Assembly: GCF_001194135.2 (NCBI RefSeq)
Contig: NC_068989.1
Span: forward strand, 10,518,111 to 10,582,110
Direction of reading: 5' to 3'
Source of the DNA: Octopus bimaculoides
Lineage: Eukaryota
DNA length: 64,000 nucleotides
In this document: one piece after another, positions 57,831-64,000 of the stretch
Layout: each line of letters starts with the position of its first letter
Position numbering within the stretch: position 1 is the stretch's first letter
The notes under the pieces: model-generated
What the model was told of the DNA's origin: nothing
Seen by the model: the letters and a program-made list of their open reading frames with translations, nothing else
Database searches by the model: none
Program-made: the position numbers and the translations under genes

Positions 57831-58030
57831 TGTGTCTGTGTTTGTTCCCCCCACAATATCGCTTGACAACCGGTGCTGGTGTGTTTATGTCCCCGTAACT
57901 TAGTGGTTTGGCAAAAGAGTCCGATAGAATAAGTACTAGGCTTACAAAGAATAAGTCCTGGGGTCAATTTGCTCGACTAAAGGCGGTGCTCCAGCATGGC
58001 TGCAGTCAAACGACTGAAACAAGTAAAAGA
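57005..58030. mobile_element. Two family C 3' halves in opposite orientation flanking a gap
   Basis: 57005-57250 (-) and 57795-58030 (+), each abutting the N-run through a microsatellite. Confidence 0.8.
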
Positions 58031-58614
58031 GAGTATGCAATTGGTTAAGTGACTCCACAGACACGCGTACCTTAATGTAGTTCTCAGAAAGATTTACTGT
58101 GACACAATGGGACAAGACCGGCCATTTGTATTACAAGTACTGGAGCAACATGAAATAAAATGTCTTGATCAAGAGCAGAATGTGTCGCTGGGAATTGAAT
58201 TCACAACCATATGATCCTGAGCTGATTACTCTAACCACTAAGCCACTCACATTCACACCTGGAACATTCATGTGTACAAACATACATAAACAGATTCGCA
58301 TAAAAGTGCTAAACACTGTTTTAAGAGTGTTAGATTAAGAGTCTAAGCACATATAGCGTGAGTTAAGTGACAAGCTGTTTACTGCTTTAAATAATAACCA
58401 CATGTACAAGGAATGAATACCTAGCCAAGCATAGAAAAATGCTAAACATGCTCAGTATAAGCCACCTGACATCTAAGTTACTTCTTTATACAATTATATG
58501 CACAATGAATAGATATCTAGCAACATGTTTAACAATAAACACCTAACAAAGAGACTTATTCTATTTTCTGGAATGCGTTGAGTTGAGTTGCAGAGGGAAT
58601 AGTCTTTTAAGATA

Positions 58615-59021
58615 GATTGTCTGGCTTCCGTGCCAGTGGCACGTAAAAAGCACCATTTGAGTGTGATTGTTACCAATGTCGCCTTACTGGCACCTGTGCT
58701 GGTGGCACGTGAAAAAACATTCAAGTGAGATCATTGCCAGTGCCGCTGGACTGGCTCCTGTGCAGGTGGCACATAAAAAACACCATTTTGAGCGTGGCTG
58801 TTGCCAGTACTGCCTGACTGGCTCTCGTGCCGGTGGCATGTAAAAGCACCCACTACACTCCTGGAGTGGTTGGCGTTAGGAAGGGCATCCAGCTGTAGAA
58901 ACTCTGCCAGATCAGATTGGAGCCTGGTGCAGCCATCCTGTTCACCAGTCCTCAGTCAAATCGTCCAACCCATGCTAGCATGGAAAGCGGACATTAAACA
59001 ATGATGATGATGATGATGATG
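58615..59021 (+). mobile_element. Family A repeat with four modules
   Basis: Modules at 58620-58850 and the standard tail. Confidence 0.88.
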
Positions 59022-61801
59022 TTCAGTGTATGACCAAGAAATGTACTATTTGAATGAGTAGGTCTTGTCCAAAAGCATCTCGGTAGATCTATGTGCAAAA
59101 TCATCTTTCTTTCTCTCTCATCGAAGTACAGCTTATTTCAGACCACATTGTGCAATATATGACTTATTAGGATCTTTTCAGTTTGGCTGCCAATTTTCGA
59201 AAATTCAAAGTTTAATTAAGATTTGGTACATTAATGTAGTTTTCCAAGCTGAATCTCAGGAGATATTTCACTTTTCTCAGAAATTAAAAAAAAAATAGTT
59301 ATAGAGGTTTAAAGTACACTTGTTTCCCGTGCAGCATGGGCTTAAGGACTTCACCATGCTCCCTTTTTTTTAATGGTTTACTTATAAGCAAAAGAACCAT
59401 ACCCGCATACCCTTTCAGGCATCTTGTGACTGATTGTATGAAGTTATCCTTAAACTAGACGTCTGACCTAAATGCTTGCAACATAGAAGATTTGATTAAA
59501 AGCACCAGAATAGTCAAGTGATGGCCATGGATCAAACCAGCCACTTACAAACAGGAATGGCTCTCCTAGGCAGATTTTGCTCAGTCTCTGTGTACCTAAT
59601 TTTGGTCACATTGCTTTGGTTAATACGAGGATATACTACAAGAGTTTTGCTCATGCAATGGGAACAAACCAAAAAGCCAGGTATTTAGGAAACGAATGTT
59701 ATAACCAAACGATCACGCTTGTGTAGTTAACTTGAAGCAGGTTGGCTTGATGGAACCTATACCACTGGAACCCTACTCTCAGAAAATCCAAAGCAAATAA
59801 GACAGCTTTTACTTGGTTGTTCAACATAGAAAATAAACAGGTAAATCATCTTTAAATCCACACCCTGTCATTTGTAAAACTTATAAATTGGTTGGTTGTG
59901 ATCCTAGACATTCTGTACGTCAAAAAGATTTTTTAAAAAATAAGAAAAAGAAAACAAAAAGAAAAATGGTGGGAATGTTACACTTTTGATCATTGGTCTG
60001 CTCAGTCAAGCTTATATCCTGTTGTATTTCCACCTGTATTAGTAAAGTGTCCTTGTGTTTTCATTGCTGATTCATAAGATCAAAGGTGATAACAGGGTTT
60101 TTCCTGAATATCATATGGTTCACTTGCTATCAATTCCGGTATCATTTCTTGTCAAAAAGTTAGCTTTGGCTTGACCTGGACTATAATAGAAGACACTTGC
60201 TAAAGGTGTCATGCAGTAGGACTGAAACCAGAACCATGTAACTGGGAGGCAAACTTCTTATCACACACCCACACCTGTCTGCAATTAATTTATTATTGCT
60301 ACAGTTCACAAAATTTTAACTCCTACCTTAGCTTTACCTATAATTTAAAGCTCTATTATCTCTAGTATTCTTGTTACCCTGTTTGTTCAGCTTTAAATGT
60401 TTTTGTTTTTATGTTCGTTATTCTCGATCCCGTAGAGATTATAATGGACACTAGCTCTGTTGAACATCGAAAACGTCTGGTGTAATGTACAGACGTAAAT
60501 ATTAGTTTCTTTTCTCATTTCCACATTGTAGGGTAGTGCTTTACCATTTCTGTTTTAGCTGCTTACTTGCATGCATGCACATGAGTGTCTCACAGATATA
60601 TGACATAATGGTATATTAACTGTCACACATAGCAATGTGTGAAGGTACATAGCATAATGGTTAAGGGTAATCGGCTTACGGTTGTAAGTTTGTGAGTTCA
60701 ATTCCCACTGGTGCATTGCTTCAGTTCACTCAACTGGCAAAAATGAGTTGTATCTGTAATTTAAAGGGCCATAAATACATATATGATGGGCTTCCAAACA
60801 GTTTCCGTCTACCAAATCCACTCACAAGACATCAATTGGCCCAAAACTATAGTAGAAGACACTCACCCAATATACTGCACAGTGTGATTGAACCTGAAAC
60901 CTCATAGGGTGCAAAGCGAGTTTCTTAGCTACGATTGCAGTTTAAACTCAAATTTCCGACAAAAAAAAAAAAAAAAATANNNNNNNNNNNNNNNNNNNNN
61001 NNNNNNNNNNNNNNNNNNNNNNNNNNNNNNNNNNNNNNNNNNNNNNNNNNNNNNNNNNNNNNNNNNNNNNNNNNNNNNNNNNNNNNNNNNNNNNNNNNNN
61101 NNNNNNNNNNNNNNNNNNNNNNNNNNNNNNNNNNNNNNNNNNNNNNNNNNNNNNNNNNNNNNNNNNNNNNNNNNNNNNNNNNNNNNNNNNNNNNNNNNNN
61201 NNNNNNNNNNNNNNNNNNNNNNNNNNNNNNNNNNNNNNNNNNNNNNNNNNNNNNNNNNNNNNNNNNNNNNNNNNNNNNNNNNNNNNNNNNNNNNNNNNNN
61301 NNNNNNNNNNNNNNNNNNNNNNNNNNNNNNNNNNNNNNNNNNNNNNNNNNNNNNNNNNNNNNNNNNNNNNNNNNNNNNNNNNNNNNNNNNNNNNNNNNNN
61401 NNNNNNNNNNNNNNNNNNNNNNNNNNNNNNNNNNNNNNNNNNNNNNNNNNNNNNNNNNNNNNNNNNNNNNNNNNNNNNNNNNNNNNNNNNNNNNNNNNNN
61501 NNNNNNNNNNNNNNNNNNNNNNNNNNNNNNNNNNNNNNNNNNNNNNNNNNNNNNNNNNNNNNNNNNNNNNNNNNNNNNNNNNNNNNNNNNNNNNNNNNNN
61601 NNNNNNNNNNNNNNNNNNNNNNNNNNNNNNNNNNNNNNNNNNNNNNNNNNNNNNNNNNNNNNNNNNNNNNNNNNNNNNNNNNNNNNNNNNNNNNNNNNNN
61701 NNNNNNNNNNNNNNNNNNNNNNNNNNNNNNNNNNNNNNNNNNNNNNNNNNNNNNNNNNNNNNNNNNNNNNNNNNNNNNNNNNNNNNNNNNNNNNNNNNNN
61801 T

Positions 61802-62170
61802 TACTGAGGACTGGTGAAACCAGATGGCTACACCAGGCTCCAATCTGATTTGGCAGTGTTTCTACAGCTGGATGCCCTTCCTAAAGCCAACCACTCAGAG
61901 AGTGTAGTGGGTGCTTTTACGTGTCACCCGCACGAAGGCCAGTCAGGCGGTACTGGCAAAGGCCACGCTCATCTCGCTCGAGAAACCTCATGTGTCACCC
62001 GCACAAGAGCCAGCCCAGGGGCACCAGCAACGATCCCGCTCGAAAAATCCCAGAACCCCACACAAGAGCCAGTTCAGGGGCACCGGCAACGATCTCGCTC
62101 GAAGAAATTTCATGTGTCACCAGCACGAGCCAGTCCAGGGGCACTGGCAACGATCTCGCTCGAAAAACCT
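61802..62170 (-). mobile_element. Family A repeat with a tandemly amplified ~60-nt module
   Basis: Three repeats of GAGCCAGTYCAGGGGCAC.GGCAACGATCTCGCTCGAA-like sequence. Confidence 0.85.
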
Positions 62171-62782
62171 CATTTGGAAACACATAAATGATGAACCACA
62201 TATAAATGCAACATCTAATCAAAAGAAATAAAAGAAACCAATATTTTCGTAAGAATAAATATTTTATTCATTTATAAAACACTTTGGATATCATCGAATC
62301 ATTTTCCGTTTATAGACAGATTAGCACCCACTTAGATATTAAATCTTACCTGTATTGCAACACACTCCCACAAAAATCATATAAATCAGACCGGGACTTT
62401 GTTTATTAATCATTTCCAAAAATATATGAAATATCTCTTATTTTTTTTTTTTCATTTTTTTTTTAATATCAGTATTAGCGTTAAAATTTAGTGAAAACCA
62501 TATGAAAATAAAACAATCCCCCCAAACCATAAGATATATGTTTTCCAGAGCCTCAAAACTTGATGGAGTAGAGGACCACCACCCCAAACATCAAAGTCTT
62601 GTGTGTTATCATTAGTGTTGAACTGAAACAACGGTCAAAGTGAAATTTAAATTGATAAAAATTTCGTTGGCATCCAGGGCCTGTGTGGTGCATTTTTTCT
62701 CAAGAGGGTTATTGAGTTTGGGTCAGAAATCTACCTTTATAAAATACACAAGGACAACAAGCCAGTGAGGGAGTATTTAGAT

Positions 62783-63035
62783 CATTGGTTTGCTACCATT
62801 TTTTACTAATGGACCCAGGTGATCCTATTTTCCTCAGGTGGATCCTCATAGCCATACAATGTTTAAAAATCTTGCTATATTTTTATAATTAAATATTATT
62901 AGGAAATGTATAAAAAAAAGATTGTTAAAGCATTTTGTGTATTGTAAAAAAGTATGACCAATTTATTGCACATGCAAAAAAAATCTTATATCGATCCCAA
63001 AGGTCATATGTACGGACCCTAGTTGAGAACCACTG
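62783..63035. mobile_element. hAT-type MITE
   Basis: Ends CATTGGTTT / GAGAACCACTG; TSD ATTTAGAT / GTTTAGAT (7/8); related fragments at 43605-43904. Confidence 0.7.
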
Positions 63036-63149
63036 GTTTAGATGGTTGCTAGATCTGCAAGAAATAGCAGCCAAACCTCTCTCAATTCACACTTTAGTTA
63101 AGCACACTTTAGTTAAGCACACTTTAGAAAAATGTCTAAGACATAAAAA

Positions 63150-63338
63150 AGGGATAACACAGAAAATAGCACTGTTTGGCACTGCACACATATTACAGAG
63201 TAGTTTCAATTCAATAAAAGAAAAATTGCAAAACAAATCACTTGTCTATACCCAAGGCACACGGTGCTGCACATGGTAGTACATTGAAAGACACCTAATT
63301 AATTACAGAAAGACAACTAATTAATAATGATAATAATA
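63150..63338 (+). mobile_element. 3' end of an R4/Dong-like REL retrotransposon
   Basis: QKIALFGTAHIL matches the conserved C-terminal QK..L.GTA.IL motif; short UTR and (TAA)n tail. Confidence 0.65.
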
Positions 63339-63339
63339 A

Positions 63340-63558
63340 CCCTTTCTGCTATAGGCATATGGCCTGGAGTTTTGGGAGAAGAGGTAAGTTGATTACATCA
63401 ACCCCAGTGTTCAGCAGGTACTTATTTTAATCAACCCTGAAAGAATGAAAAGCAAAATCGTCCTTAATGGAATTTGAACTCAGAATGCAAAGAGACAGAA
63501 GAAATGCTGCTAAGAATTTTGTTCGATGTACTAACAGTTCTGTCAGCTCACTGCCATA

Positions 63559-63593
<35 letters not shown>

Positions 63594-64000
63594 CCTTTTG
63601 ACTAAAGGCACAAGGCCTGAAATTTGGGGAGAGGGGACTAGTCGATTACATTGACTCCAGTGTTTCACTGGTAATTAAATTATTGACCCCGAAAGGATGA
63701 AAGGCAAAGTTGATATTGGCAGAATTTGAACTCAGAACGTAGCAACAGGTGAAATGCTGCTAAGCTTTTCGTCCAGCGGACTTACCATTCTGCCAGCTCA
63801 CTGCCTTAACGATAATGATAATAATAATAATAATAATAATAATAAGAAGAAGAATGGCTTTAAATTTTGGCACAAGGCCAACAATTTCGAGGGGAGGAGG
63901 TAAGTCAATTTCATTGACCCCCAGTAGTCAACTGGTACTTATTTTATCGATCTCGAAAGGATGAAAGGTAAGGTCAACCTTGGCGGAATTTGAACTCCAA
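63340..64000 (-). mobile_element. Three tandem family B SINEs separated by (TAA)n
   Basis: Reverse-complement copies at about 63340, 63590 and 63860; the last runs off the window. Confidence 0.85.

Noticed and set aside
25535-61843. Long X-filled ORFs in the ORF track
   Set aside because: They span N-runs (25582-25908, 29610-30151, 37514-37746, 50840-51324, 53191-53290, 57251-57794, 60980-61800) and microsatellites. The TPP2 frame is complete without them, so no exon appears hidden in the gaps.

Overview
AT-rich, microsatellite-dense animal genomic DNA with ten N-gaps. The repeat landscape suggests an octopod cephalopod (inference). Positions 2962-50093 (+) hold 27 spliced exons of a tripeptidyl-peptidase II (TPP2, subtilisin S8 family) gene. 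All introns are GT-AG and phase-consistent, giving 3504 nt = 1167 aa plus stop. The catalytic His and Ser are present; the ~100 N-terminal residues with the catalytic Asp lie upstream of the window. Introns and the downstream ~14 kb hold tRNA-derived SINEs, LINE remnants (APE endonuclease, RT, CR1/RTE ends, REL domains), a degenerate Penelope-like RT, hAT/piggyBac-type MITEs and fold-back elements. The most striking item is in TPP2 intron 2 (5459-5858): a tRNA-headed element carrying an intact-looking minimal type I hammerhead ribozyme, inserted as a head-to-head inverted dimer between 12-bp target-site duplications. Other items of note are a 268-bp fold-back, phase-compatible candidate alternative exons, inverted SINE pairs around exons, tail-swapping SINEs and a higher-order minisatellite. 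All homology calls come from reading translations by eye and recalled family motifs; no searches were run.
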